Source: Candidatus Daviesbacteria bacterium RIFCSPLOWO2_01_FULL_39_23
Lineage (GTDB): Bacteria; Patescibacteriota; Microgenomatia; Daviesbacterales; UBA10151
Direction: 5' to 3'
NCBI GenBank assembly: GCA_001776935.1
Contig: MFDN01000003.1
Span: 1 to 62,884, forward strand
DNA: 62,884 bases
Made by a program: the position numbers and the translations under genes. Below, piece by piece: positions 37,113-48,738 of this stretch (position 1 is its first letter; each line of letters starts with the position of its first letter). The notes beneath the pieces were generated by a model. That model saw nothing but the letters and a program-made list of their open reading frames with translations. It made no database searches and had not been told where the DNA came from.

Positions 37113-39203
37113 TCAATCAGGCATCACTTCTGATGCAATATCCTGTAATTTTGCCTTGATTAGTGGGTGTTTGTCAAGAGCAGGATCTTTTGCAAGCAAA
37201 TCCCGTGCTGCCTGTTTGGTTTTTTCAAGGAGGGAAATATTAGAAAAAGATGCAATTTTAAATTCAAATCTTCCGGATTGTGCGCTTCCAAAGATTTGTC
37301 CGCTGCCTCTTATTTTTAAATCAAGCTCTGCAAGTTTTAAGCCGTCAAAAGTTTTTTCTAAGAATTTCAGCCGCCTTGAATCATCGCCTGAGGTGTTTGA
37401 AGTATAAAGCAGACAATAGGATTCTTTTGTTCCCCTGCCAACTCTGCCCCTGAGCTGATGCAGTTGGGCAAGGCCGAAACGTTCTGCTCCTTCGATCACA
37501 ATAATGGTGGCATTTGGATTATCCATTCCCACTTCCACTACAGAAGTGGAGACTAAAATTTGGATTTTGCCTTGGCGGAAATCGTGGGTAATTTCTTCTT
37601 TTTCCTTACCTTTTAACCTGCCATGAAGTAAGCCCAGCTTAAAATTTGGAAAGACTTTTTGTAGATTTTCAAATTCAACTTTTGCGGCTTTGACTGTCTT
37701 TAGTGTTTCTGAGGCCTCGATTAAAGGCGTGATGATATAGGCCTGATCGCCGCCTGCAACTTTTTTGGCAATAAATTTATAAGAATCCAGTCTTTTTCTT
37801 TCAGGTACCAGATAAGTTTTGACAATTTGCCGGCCCTTTGGAAGTTCATCAATCACCGACATATCCAAATCGCCGTATAGAGTTAAGGCGACAGTCCGCG
37901 GAATTGGTGTGGCAGTCATTGTTAAAAAATGCGGCACTTTAGCTCTTTTACGAAGAAAGGTTCTTTGCTCGACACCGAAGCGCTGCTGTTCGTCTACTAT
38001 GATAAGCCCGACATTTTCAATACTTAATTTAGGCGAGAGTAAGGCATGAGTTCCAATTGTAATATCGGGAATTGTAGTATGTATTATGTATTTAGTATTA
38101 ATGGTTTTTTGTTTTTTTCCATAATACTTGCTACTTAATACTTGATACTTTCGGCTTCCCGTATAAATTCCAACCGTCACCTCAAATGGTGATAGAAGCT
38201 TGGTTAAAGTCTCAAAATGTTGGAATGCTAAAATTTCCGTTGGAGCCATAAAAAGTGTCCGGAGATTATTTTTGTGCACCAAATATGCGGCAATTGCGGC
38301 AACTACTGTTTTCCCTGAACCGACTTCCCCCTGTATCAGTCTGTTCATCGGCTGGTTTTTTACAAGGTTCCGGAGAATTTCTTTTAATACTTTGTGCTGG
38401 GCAGAAGTCAATTTAAAGGGAAGCTTACCGATAAAATCCCTAAGGTCTGATTGCTTGATCTTTAAAGGTTCTACGAGAGGTTTTCTGCGCCATGCAAGTC
38501 TTGCTTTTTGGGTGGCTAAAGAGACGTAAAATAGCTCATCAAAGCTTAGTCTTTCTCTGCTTTTTTCCAGATCTTCCCAGGTTTTGGGGAAGTGGATTTG
38601 TTCTAAAGCAGAAGTAAGGCAAATCATCGTGCTGCGGATATCATCCGGCAAAGGGTCCTGTATTTTACCTGTAATTTGCGGCAGAAGTTTGGTAATTTTT
38701 GCACGCAGCCATTTGGATGAAAGTCCCTCAGTTTCCGGATAGATTGGTACTAATCTTCCCGTATGTATTGTCTGACGACTGATAGCTGAAGACTGAAGAC
38801 TCTCTATTTTTTCCCATCTTGGGGCAATGATAGAGAGTTTGTTTTTATATTTACTGATTTTTCCTGAAACCTGCAACCTGTCGCCTGTTTGGATTTGTTT
38901 TGTCAGCCATGAAGAGTTAAACCATGTTAATTCTATGGGTGAGGTGCCGTCATTAAAAATTGCTTTGGTGATAATTTTGCGGGATCTTGTATAAATATTG
39001 GAAATTGACCAGATTTCCCCCTGCAGGGTTACACTTTCCCCTATTTGTGCATCCAGTGCAGATGTATTATTCGAAAAATCATCATACCTGAAAGGAAAAT
39101 GATAAATTAAATCTTCTACAGTATTTAGGTTCAGCTTATTAAGCTTGTATAAAAGCGATGGGCCAATACCTGAGATGGCGGCAAGTGAAGAATTAAGATC
39201 CAT
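37113..39203 (-). CDS. recG: ATP-dependent DNA helicase RecG
   Basis: Walker A GEVGSGKT, DEQQRFG, GTHALL, QLRGRVGRG; the ORF is open to 39314 but MDLNSSLAAISGIG is the likely start. Confidence 0.9.
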   Translation of the reverse strand: MDLNSSLAAISGIGPSLLYKLNKLNLNTVEDLIYHFPFRYDDFSNNTSALDAQIGESVTLQGEIWSISNIYTRSRKIITKAIFNDGTSPIELTWFNSSWLTKQIQTGDRLQVSGKISKYKNKLSIIAPRWEKIESLQSSAISRQTIHTGRLVPIYPETEGLSSKWLRAKITKLLPQITGKIQDPLPDDIRSTMICLTSALEQIHFPKTWEDLEKSRERLSFDELFYVSLATQKARLAWRRKPLVEPLKIKQSDLRDFIGKLPFKLTSAQHKVLKEILRNLVKNQPMNRLIQGEVGSGKTVVAAIAAYLVHKNNLRTLFMAPTEILAFQHFETLTKLLSPFEVTVGIYTGSRKYQVLSSKYYGKKQKTINTKYIIHTTIPDITIGTHALLSPKLSIENVGLIIVDEQQRFGVEQRTFLRKRAKVPHFLTMTATPIPRTVALTLYGDLDMSVIDELPKGRQIVKTYLVPERKRLDSYKFIAKKVAGGDQAYIITPLIEASETLKTVKAAKVEFENLQKVFPNFKLGLLHGRLKGKEKEEITHDFRQGKIQILVSTSVVEVGMDNPNATIIVIEGAERFGLAQLHQLRGRVGRGTKESYCLLYTSNTSGDDSRRLKFLEKTFDGLKLAELDLKIRGSGQIFGSAQSGRFEFKIASFSNISLLEKTKQAARDLLAKDPALDKHPLIKAKLQDIASEVMPD
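38074..38148. repeat. AT-rich word hairpin (GTAT/ATAC words) translated inside recG
   Basis: Arms 38074-38104 and 38119-38148 around a T-rich loop; encodes YQVLSSKYYGKKQKTINTKYIIHTT. Confidence 0.55.
38771..38802. repeat. half copy of the TCTGACGACTGA word element inside recG
   Basis: TCTGACGACTGATAGCTGAAGACTGAAGACTC, near-identical to the right arm of the 19119-19189 hairpin; encodes ESLQSSAISRQT. Confidence 0.6.
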
Positions 39204-39339
39204 GAGGGAATTATATATCAGTATTCCTCCGCACGCATTTAAAATGCGGTTAGAAGCGGCAGAAGAGAAAAAAGGATAATGGCTATTCCGGCAACAACAG
39301 ACAAAATTATCCAAAAAATTCTAAACTTCGGGTTATACA

Positions 39340-40440
39340 TTATTTTGCAGTTAACCTTTCAATTTCTTCCAAAGCTGCTTTTCTTTTTGGGTCTTCAAAA
39401 TATTTTCTTGCCGGTTCAAGTTGAGCAATCAACCATTCTGCTACGGCATTTTTTAAATCCTGAGGGTGTAATTTTTTATCTGCATAATCTTTTTCTAAAT
39501 CCTCATAAGTTGAGTAAGGTATATCTCCTCCCCATTTTTCAGGCCTTTTAATAGTTAAGTTGGCGGAATTATAAAATATCAAATACTTAGTCCAGTCTAG
39601 AATAGGATTAAATTCCACTATGCCTTCCGGGCAATATGCATTATTTATTTTCCTTTTAATTTCATCCGGATTATCATGAATAAAAATAGCGCTGTCAGGT
39701 TTGGATTTGCTCATTTTCGCTGCTTCCATATCCAAACTTTTTTGTCCATTTTCACCAGTGATCAAAACAGGTTGGAGCAATCCCTGCAATAAATGGTGAT
39801 GCAGGGCTGCTGGTTTTTGTTTGTCTAAATCTTTGGCTGCCTCCCGTGCTACAACATGAACATTCCGCTGGTCGGTTCCGGCATGAGCAATATTTACCTC
39901 TAAAGCAAAAATATCAGAAGATTGCATAGCCGGATAAATCAGCATGGCAGCGTCTGAAATGTCGCTTTCTTTGCGTCCCATGATAGTGGTCGACCGGATC
40001 ATTCTCGCAAGAGTGGTTGCCTTAGATACTCTTACCACATTTGCCCAATAATTTTGTCCTAATTTCTCATATAAATCACTTCCTAAAACAAACTCAATTT
40101 TATCCGGATCTGCCCCTATGCACAAAGCTGCAGCCTTCATACCTTCCTCAAAATATTCTCTGGCCATTTTTCTGGCGGTTTCCAATGTTCCATCTAACTT
40201 TTTATTAATCCAGGTATGCCAGTCAGCCAAAAGTACGGTTGTTTGCACACCGGCGTCCTGTAAGTCTTTTATTTTAAGCATGCTGGCAAAGCCTGTTCCG
40301 AGATGAACTTTGCCGGAGATTTCAAAGCCAATATAGTGGCGTAAGGCTTGACCTGATTCAACTAAAGATTTCAATTCTTCTTCAGTTAAAACTTCTTCTA
40401 AATTCCTGGTTATTAAATTAGTGCGTTCCTCAGTTGTCAT
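39340..40440 (-). CDS. tyrS: tyrosyl-tRNA synthetase, archaeal/eukaryotic type
   Basis: HYIGFEISGKVHLG (HIGH region), LLADWHTW, KMSKSK; N-terminal layout as in archaeal TyrRS. Confidence 0.8.
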   Translation of the reverse strand: MTTEERTNLITRNLEEVLTEEELKSLVESGQALRHYIGFEISGKVHLGTGFASMLKIKDLQDAGVQTTVLLADWHTWINKKLDGTLETARKMAREYFEEGMKAAALCIGADPDKIEFVLGSDLYEKLGQNYWANVVRVSKATTLARMIRSTTIMGRKESDISDAAMLIYPAMQSSDIFALEVNIAHAGTDQRNVHVVAREAAKDLDKQKPAALHHHLLQGLLQPVLITGENGQKSLDMEAAKMSKSKPDSAIFIHDNPDEIKRKINNAYCPEGIVEFNPILDWTKYLIFYNSANLTIKRPEKWGGDIPYSTYEDLEKDYADKKLHPQDLKNAVAEWLIAQLEPARKYFEDPKRKAALEEIERLTAK

Positions 40441-40482
40441 AGTTTAATTAGGGTATGGTAATATTTAGATATAGTATAACAA

Positions 40483-42054
40483 ATGGCTAAAACATTAAAT
40501 AAGTTATCTTCTGCTTTGATTGCAACATACGATCGGATTTCTGCGCCAAACCATGATAAAACTATCTCAGTAAATCCTTTAGTTGCAGAGCTGGCCAGCT
40601 GGTATGAAAAATTCCGTACAGCTATGGATTACCGGGAAGATGAGGTAATCCTGCGTTCTGCTATTGAGCGCATTCTAAAAAGAAGGCTGACTTTTGGCGG
40701 AAAAGGGCAAACAGTTGCTGCGCCGCTGATTCGGGAGCTTGTATGGGCGCGCTATTTTCCGGATTCTTCTATCCCCGAATCGTTAGTTTCTAAAGTTGAA
40801 GAAATAGTTGATCTATATTTAGAGCTTGAGATGCAAATAAATAAAAAACACAGCATTAACAAGGGAAAAGTTAATGAGTGGATAGTGCATCTTTTGTCTT
40901 CTGAGATAGAGCATACTTTAAAACCTAAGGATTCAAAAGATGTGATGTGTAATTTTATATTCAGGATTTTTAAAGATATGATTACCATTTCTGATGACAG
41001 CGAAGAAACAAAAGACGTGCAGACTTTTATTGCAGTAAGAAGAGCGTATGCAAATGATGACCTTGCCCTGCTTCGTTATCATCTTTTTAAACAATATTTT
41101 GGAACAATTAATGAGCATAACTTAGATGAAATTGCGACAGCGTTTCCCAAGGTGGCTACAAACATTGAAAATCAATTCAATTATCCAGCAAAAGACAGGA
41201 TCTACTCATATGTAAAAAATCAAACTATTCCCTTTATAATTTTGGATGATGTTTTAAAAAAGCATAATGGCAAAGCCCTTTCCTTGGCAACTGATGAGGA
41301 TCTTTTAAATTCGGAGATTTTTTCAGCCTGCAATACCCGCTACCGGAATATTAAAGGAAAAGTTAAAAGGGCAATAGTAAGAAGCGTTATTTTTATATTT
41401 TTTACTAAGGCAATCTTTGCTCTTGCCGTGGAAGGAACTTTTGAAAGATTTTTATACGGCCGGATTCTTTGGTCATCCATTGCCTTAAATACTCTGACTC
41501 CCCCCATGCTTATGATTTTAGTGGGAGTTTTGATTAAAACCCCGGGCAGGGATAATTCTTTTAGAATATTAAAAAAAATTAGTACAATTTTGTATGATGA
41601 GCACCCGGCGCTTGCTCCCCCGCTTGTTGTGAAGAAAAAACAAAATAAAACAGATCCATTGCTTTGGACTATATTTATTTTGCTTTGGCTGACAACTTTT
41701 GTCTTGAGCTTTGGGGCGATTGTGTTTGTCCTCAATAAACTGCATATTAATCCCCTTTCGCAGGCGATATTTATGTTTTTCCTTGCAATAGTCTCATTTG
41801 TGAGTTTTAGGATCAACAGGACAGCCCATATGTATATCATCAAAGAAAGAAAAGAAAATTTAAAGTCGCTTTTTGCAGACTTTTTCTTTATGCCTTTTAT
41901 TCAGGTGGGAAGAAGATTGACGCTGGCAATTTCACAAGTGAATATATTTTTATTTGTGTTTGATTTTATTATTGAAACTCCTTTTAAGGGTGTATTTGCC
42001 TTTTTTGAACAATGGTTTCTTTTCCTGCGCTCCCAGCGCGAAAAGTTGGACTAG
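40483..42054 (+). CDS. hypothetical multi-pass membrane protein with ~280-aa soluble N-domain
   Basis: 523 aa; at least five hydrophobic segments in the C-half; no family recognised. Confidence 0.5.
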   Translation: MAKTLNKLSSALIATYDRISAPNHDKTISVNPLVAELASWYEKFRTAMDYREDEVILRSAIERILKRRLTFGGKGQTVAAPLIRELVWARYFPDSSIPESLVSKVEEIVDLYLELEMQINKKHSINKGKVNEWIVHLLSSEIEHTLKPKDSKDVMCNFIFRIFKDMITISDDSEETKDVQTFIAVRRAYANDDLALLRYHLFKQYFGTINEHNLDEIATAFPKVATNIENQFNYPAKDRIYSYVKNQTIPFIILDDVLKKHNGKALSLATDEDLLNSEIFSACNTRYRNIKGKVKRAIVRSVIFIFFTKAIFALAVEGTFERFLYGRILWSSIALNTLTPPMLMILVGVLIKTPGRDNSFRILKKISTILYDEHPALAPPLVVKKKQNKTDPLLWTIFILLWLTTFVLSFGAIVFVLNKLHINPLSQAIFMFFLAIVSFVSFRINRTAHMYIIKERKENLKSLFADFFFMPFIQVGRRLTLAISQVNIFLFVFDFIIETPFKGVFAFFEQWFLFLRSQREKLD

Positions 42055-42065
42055 AAAAGTGGACG

Positions 42066-42095
42066 TTGACGGATTTTAGGAGCTTCTTGTAAAAT
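42066..42095 (+). promoter_or_regulatory. putative atp operon promoter TTGACG-18-TAAAAT
   Basis: Hexamers read directly, 27 nt upstream of atpB start. Confidence 0.45.
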
Positions 42096-42122
42096 ACCTG
42101 GAATTCAAGGAAAATAATATCA

Positions 42123-42848
42123 ATGGAGCATGCAATAGTTTTACAACCTGAAACATTAGGATTTATAAAAAATTTTCCTGTCACAAATACCCTTTTAGTT
42201 TCCTGGATAACAATAATAATTTTGACTGTTTTGTCTTTTTTGGCAACCTGGAAAATTAAAATGGTTCCTTCGGGTTTGCAAAATTTATTTGAGGTGATTA
42301 TTGATGCAGGATACAATATGGTTGAAGATTTGGCAGGCAGTAAAAAAGCCAGGGTGTTTTTCCCGATTGTAATGACGTTTTTTCTGTTTATACTTTTTTC
42401 CAATTGGCTTGGTCTTTTGCCGGGTTTTGCAACAATCACCTTCCGCGGTGAGCCCCTGCTTCGTTCTGTAAATTCAGACCTGAATATGACTTTGGCGCTT
42501 GCTTTAACTTCTGCATTTTTAACCCATGCTTTTGCCATCCGCTATTTGGGCATTTTTGATTACTTAAAAAAATGGTTTACCCTAAACCCGATATTTTTAT
42601 TTGTGGGAATATTGGAACTTGTGGGTGAGGTGACAAAAATAGTATCGCTATCTTTTAGGCTTTTTGGTAATATATTTGCAGGGGAAGTGGTTTTGGCAAC
42701 GGTTTCATCAATCTTTGCCTTTTTGATACCGCTCCCTTTTTATTTTTTGGAGATTATTGTAGGATTTGTACAGGCTGCTGTTTTTATGATGCTGACTTTG
42801 GTATTCATGGTGTTATTGTCAGAAAAACATGGAGCTGAGAGTCACTAA
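42123..42848 (+). CDS. atpB: ATP synthase F0 subunit a
   Basis: LSFRLFGNIFAGE (essential Arg helix), multi-TM, 241 aa. Confidence 0.9.
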   Translation: MEHAIVLQPETLGFIKNFPVTNTLLVSWITIIILTVLSFLATWKIKMVPSGLQNLFEVIIDAGYNMVEDLAGSKKARVFFPIVMTFFLFILFSNWLGLLPGFATITFRGEPLLRSVNSDLNMTLALALTSAFLTHAFAIRYLGIFDYLKKWFTLNPIFLFVGILELVGEVTKIVSLSFRLFGNIFAGEVVLATVSSIFAFLIPLPFYFLEIIVGFVQAAVFMMLTLVFMVLLSEKHGAESH

Positions 42849-43145
<297 letters not shown>

Positions 43146-43224
43146 TTCGCAGCTCGTCGGTGCACAAAGCACCCCTCGGCTAGAAAGGCCTGAAACATTA
43201 ACAGTTTCTCTAGCCTCGCTATAT

Positions 43225-43261
43225 GAAGATTTTATGGAGGAATACTACACATAAAATCTTC
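43225..43261. repeat. perfect 10-bp inverted repeat GAAGATTTTA...TAAAATCTTC (17-nt loop)
   Basis: Read directly in the 171-nt atpE-atpF spacer. Confidence 0.6.
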
Positions 43262-43316
43262 AAATTGCTTTGATTGCACTCGACTTCGCTGCTTAAAAGT
43301 AGCTGTTCTAAAATAT

Positions 43317-43811
43317 ATGGAGATTATTAAACAATTTGGCATAAATCCAATACTGTTGGCTGCACAGGTGGTCAATTTTATAGTGCTTCTTTTTATCTTT
43401 AAAAAACTTTTATACAAACCGATTTTGAAAGTCTTGGATGAAAGAAAGAAAAAGATTGAAGAAAGTTTAAAAAATGCAGAAGAAATAGAAGCAAAACTGC
43501 AGGAAACTAATGAGAAAATCGATAAAATGCTTGCTAAAGCCTTAGATGAAGGACAAAAAATCAGGGAAGAATCAAAAAAAGAAGCAAGTGTGTACTTGGA
43601 GGATGTTAAACAAAATGCTTCTAAATTATCTCAGGAAATAATTAAAAAAGGTGAAGAAGCATTAAGGGTGGAAAAAGAAAAAATGCAAACAGAATTAAGG
43701 GTGGAATTTTCAGAGATAGTAGCTGCGGCTTTACAAAAAGTTACCGGTAAGGTACTTTCTAAGAAAGATCAAAAAGACATGATCGAAAAGTCCATAAAAG
43801 GGCTGGTATAA
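43317..43811 (+). CDS. atpF: ATP synthase F0 subunit b
   Basis: N-terminal TM (ILLAAQVVNFIVLLFIF) then long charged helix. Confidence 0.85.
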   Translation: MEIIKQFGINPILLAAQVVNFIVLLFIFKKLLYKPILKVLDERKKKIEESLKNAEEIEAKLQETNEKIDKMLAKALDEGQKIREESKKEASVYLEDVKQNASKLSQEIIKKGEEALRVEKEKMQTELRVEFSEIVAAALQKVTGKVLSKKDQKDMIEKSIKGLV

Positions 43812-43826
43812 ACCAATCGTACTATT

Positions 43827-44222
43827 ATGAAAAAAAATAAATATTTGCAAAAACTGATTAATAAACTGGTAGATTTAAGTTTGAAAGAGGACAGGATTAT
43901 TGAAGGTCAGGTGACAAAATCTATTAAGATTTTAAAATCTCTGCCGCAAGCTCAGGCTATCGATGCCCTCTCGGAATATTTGCGGCAATTAAAGCGGAAG
44001 GAAAGAGAGCATACTTTATATATAGAAACAGCGATCCCCTTAACGCCGGAGCAAATTAAAAAGATGAAAAAAATTGTAGAAAAAAAGGTTAAAATCACGA
44101 AAGTTTTGGTAAACAGCAATACAGGAATACTTGGAGGATTTAAGATAAGAATCGGTGATGAAATTTGGGATGATTCTATTTCAGGCAGGATAGAAAAAGT
44201 TAAGGAGGTAATCCAGGGATGA
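43827..44222 (+). CDS. atpH: ATP synthase subunit delta (OSCP), short form
   Basis: C-terminus [26 protein letters not shown] matches the OSCP signature; operon position. Confidence 0.8.
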   Translation: MKKNKYLQKLINKLVDLSLKEDRIIEGQVTKSIKILKSLPQAQAIDALSEYLRQLKRKEREHTLYIETAIPLTPEQIKKMKKIVEKKVKITKVLVNSNTGILGGFKIRIGDEIWDDSISGRIEKVKEVIQG

Positions 44223-45730
44223 GCGATTTAATTGCTGATATAGAAAACCAAATAAAAGGCCTTAAATTAAAGACTCAGAAGCAGAACATTGGGGTTGTTA
44301 CAGAAATTGGTGACGGTGTGGCCAGAATAGAAGGCTTATCCGGCGTTCAGTACTCGGAGCTTATAGATTTTGGCAAAGGAATAACCGGACTTGCATTGAA
44401 TTTAGAGCAATATAATGTCGGATCAGTTATTTTTGGGGAGTTTCCCAAGATTAAAGAAGGCGATGAGGTTAAGACTACGGGTAATGTTTTACAGGTTCCT
44501 GTTGGAGAAGGTTTGATCGGCCGGGTGGTAGATGCATTGGGTAATCCTTTGGATGGGAAGGGCAAAATAAAAGCAAGTGATTATTATCCTGTGGAAAAAA
44601 TTGCTCCTGGTGTTATCACAAGACAGGGTGTTAATACTCCCCTGCAAACCGGCATAAAAGCGGTTGATTCCATGATTCCCGTCGGTCGGGGTCAGCGTGA
44701 GCTTATTATCGGAGACCGAAACACAGGGAAAACCACCATCGCCATAGATACCATAATCAACCAGAAAGATGTTATTTGCATTTATGTGGCAATCGGCCAA
44801 AAAACCTCCAAAATTGCCCAGTTGGTGGCAAAACTTGAGGAAAAAGGTGCAATGAAGCATACCATTATTGTGTCTGCAACAGCTTCTGATTCAGCCACCA
44901 TGCAGTATATTGCCCCCTACTCCGGTTGTGCTATGGGTGAATATTTTATGGATCAGGGTAAAGATGCATTAATTGTTTATGATGATCTGTCAAAGCATGC
45001 CTGGGCATACCGGCAAATATCTTTACTTTTGCGCCGTCCATCCGGCAGGGAGGCTTATCCGGGAGATGTATTTTATCTGCACTCAAGACTTTTGGAACGG
45101 GCTGCAAAATTAAATAAGGATTACGGCGGCGGATCTTTAACTGCTTTGCCTATTATTGAAACTCAAGCCGGTGATGTTTCTGCATATATTCCCACTAATG
45201 TTATTTCAATTACGGATGGGCAAATTTACCTGGAAGCAGATCTTTTTTATGCAGGCTTTCGGCCGGCTTTAAACGTTGGTATTTCTGTTTCCCGTGTGGG
45301 AGGTGCCGCGCAGACAAAAGCTATGAAAGCGGTTGCAGGAAAATTAAGACTTGATTTGGCGCAATTTAGGGCATTGCAGGCTTTTGCCCAATTTTCTTCT
45401 GATTTAGACCCGGCCACAAAGACGCAAATTGAAAGAGGTAAAAGAATTACAGAGATCCTAAAACAGCCTCCATATCAGCCTGTTCCGGTAGCAGAACAGG
45501 TAGCATCGCTTTGGGCAGTTACTAACGGGTATTTGGATGAAGTGGAAATTGAAAGAGTGAAAGAATTTGAGACTAAATATATTGATTATCTAAAGACCCG
45601 GGAGAAAGCACTTCTTAAAGATATTGCAGAGAAAAAAGAATTGGATGAAAGGCTGATCAAAGAACTTGAAAAAGCCACTAAAGCGTTTGCGGGAATGTTT
45701 AATAAAGGCAAGAAGGGAGATACGAGATAA
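44219..45730 (+). CDS. atpA: ATP synthase F1 subunit alpha
   Basis: Walker A GDRNTGKT, 503 aa, ATGA overlap with atpH. Confidence 0.95.
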   Translation: MSDLIADIENQIKGLKLKTQKQNIGVVTEIGDGVARIEGLSGVQYSELIDFGKGITGLALNLEQYNVGSVIFGEFPKIKEGDEVKTTGNVLQVPVGEGLIGRVVDALGNPLDGKGKIKASDYYPVEKIAPGVITRQGVNTPLQTGIKAVDSMIPVGRGQRELIIGDRNTGKTTIAIDTIINQKDVICIYVAIGQKTSKIAQLVAKLEEKGAMKHTIIVSATASDSATMQYIAPYSGCAMGEYFMDQGKDALIVYDDLSKHAWAYRQISLLLRRPSGREAYPGDVFYLHSRLLERAAKLNKDYGGGSLTALPIIETQAGDVSAYIPTNVISITDGQIYLEADLFYAGFRPALNVGISVSRVGGAAQTKAMKAVAGKLRLDLAQFRALQAFAQFSSDLDPATKTQIERGKRITEILKQPPYQPVPVAEQVASLWAVTNGYLDEVEIERVKEFETKYIDYLKTREKALLKDIAEKKELDERLIKELEKATKAFAGMFNKGKKGDTR

Positions 45731-45780
45731 GTAATAAGAGATATGTTTTAACTTATCACATATTACGTATCGCTTATATC
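45716..45780. repeat. word hairpin (GATACG/GATAAG words), loop GTTTTAAC
   Basis: Arms 45716-45744 and 45753-45780; the atpA stop codon lies inside the left arm. Confidence 0.6.
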
Positions 45781-45786
45781 TAACAC

Positions 45787-46677
45787 ATGGCTAATACAAG
45801 AGAACTTCGGAGAAGAATAAAATCTATAAAAAATACGGCTCAAATTACCAAAGCCATGCAGATGGTGGCTGCAACTAAAATGAGAAGGGCGCAAAATCAG
45901 GCAATAAGCGGCAGGCCTTACAGTTTTAATTTAAATAATGCGCTCTCAAGGCTTTTACCACTGGTGGATATTGGTTCTCATCCCCTGCTTTTGGGAAATG
46001 AGTCTTTGAAAAAAGGAATTGTGTTACTTTCTACGGATAAGGGTTTATGTGGGGCTTTAAACACAAATTTATTCAGACTGATGCTCTCTTCAAATTTAAC
46101 TGGGGGGAATACTATATTTTATACTGTCGGCAAAAGAGGCAGGAGCTTTGTGGTCAAATCCGGCGGGCAACTTTTGGCTGATTTTGAGAATTTGGATATT
46201 ATAACCTTCAGACAGGCAGCACAGCTGGCAAGAATGGCTGTTGATTCTTTTATGGCAAAAGAGGTAAGCGAAGTTTTTATTGTTTATCCTCATTTTATTT
46301 CAACTCTGCGCCAGGAATCAATCAAAATAAAGCTATTGCCGATAGATTTAGAATCAGTTATTGCAGGTATAGAAAAAGAGATTGACACCTCGCCTGCGGC
46401 TCCTCGCAATGACAAGGCAGGAGAATTCCTGTTTGAGCCGAATCCAAAGATTTTGTTGGATTATATTTTAGTTCATCAAATTCAAACTAAAATTTATCAG
46501 GCTCTTTTGGAAACCAAAGCTTCAGAGTTTTCAAGCAGAATGATTGCCATGCAGAATGCAACAGATAATGCTTTGGAACTTGTGGATGACCTAAATCTTG
46601 CATATAATCAAACGCGTCAGGATTCTATAACAAAAGAACTTTTGGAGATTACAACGGCTGCAGCCGCGATGACATGA
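45787..46677 (+). CDS. atpG: ATP synthase F1 subunit gamma
   Basis: ELRRRIKSIKNTAQITKAMQMVAATKMRRAQ N-terminus, C-terminal ITKELLEI. Confidence 0.9.
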   Translation: MANTRELRRRIKSIKNTAQITKAMQMVAATKMRRAQNQAISGRPYSFNLNNALSRLLPLVDIGSHPLLLGNESLKKGIVLLSTDKGLCGALNTNLFRLMLSSNLTGGNTIFYTVGKRGRSFVVKSGGQLLADFENLDIITFRQAAQLARMAVDSFMAKEVSEVFIVYPHFISTLRQESIKIKLLPIDLESVIAGIEKEIDTSPAAPRNDKAGEFLFEPNPKILLDYILVHQIQTKIYQALLETKASEFSSRMIAMQNATDNALELVDDLNLAYNQTRQDSITKELLEITTAAAAMT

Positions 46678-46679
46678 AG

Positions 46680-48173
<1,494 letters not shown>

Positions 48174-48177
48174 TCTT

Positions 48178-48702
48178 TTAGTAGTTTTTGATTCTTTTAG
48201 CTCTTTCCAAAACCCGGTGCATTCTTGCCCGTGATGATCTTTGTATCATCACAGGGTATAAATTTCCTGCTCCCCATGCGGCAGATGCGACTATAAGAAT
48301 ATTATTATTTAAGCTAGTTGCTGTTATCAAGCCTGTTATTCCTAAAAGTGTGCCTGCGGTATGAAGTATTTCATGCTTTCTTGAGTATGTTTCATATTTG
48401 AGTATTTCTTCTAAAGTAGGGGTTTTTAGTGTAAATCCTTTCTGATGGTATTTTGGATCTATTTTCCTTCTTTCTCTGACTTCTAAATCTCCCCCGTTTG
48501 GGATATATCTTTTAATCAGTTCCACGCCGAGTAATTTATATAAGATGCCTTTTTGTGCTGTTTCCCAAGGAAATGGCTTAAAGTAGCGGGCCGGAAGTAT
48601 CTCGGCTATTTTATAAGCAATTGTGTCGGCAAGATTTTGATATCTATTATTAATTTCCCGGTAGCCGCCTTTGCAGGTTTCAACAAGGCCCATGCAGAGC
48701 AT
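48178..48702 (-). CDS. membrane protein resembling glycosyl-4,4'-diaponeurosporenoate acyltransferase (CrtO-like) family
   Basis: LPARYF, ETYSRKHEILH and NLYPVMIQRSSRARM resemble, from memory, the IPDKYF / ETKRAELIHW / IIVQRYNRPR pattern of that family. Confidence 0.4.
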   Translation of the reverse strand: MLCMGLVETCKGGYREINNRYQNLADTIAYKIAEILPARYFKPFPWETAQKGILYKLLGVELIKRYIPNGGDLEVRERRKIDPKYHQKGFTLKTPTLEEILKYETYSRKHEILHTAGTLLGITGLITATSLNNNILIVASAAWGAGNLYPVMIQRSSRARMHRVLERAKRIKNY

Positions 48703-48738
48703 TTTAACAAAAAGTTCGTTTATATTCCAACTATAGGG

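Noticed and set aside
41340-42538. Long antisense ORFs 41340-41843 and 41984-42538. Others are 2521-2754, 2782-3171, 3652-3912, 5132-5665, 6415-6726, 7508-7783, 14580-15223, 17057-17461, 37819-38529, 55906-56364, 57839-58129 and 61366-62202
   Set aside because: All lie opposite well-supported conserved genes and have low-complexity or atypical composition with no motifs. They are shadow ORFs common in AT-rich DNA.
43146-43316. The 171-nt atpE-atpF spacer considered as a small RNA gene or riboswitch
   Set aside because: It contains hairpins, including a perfect 10-bp inverted repeat, but I recognise no known RNA family motif. It is most simply another repeat-derived spacer.
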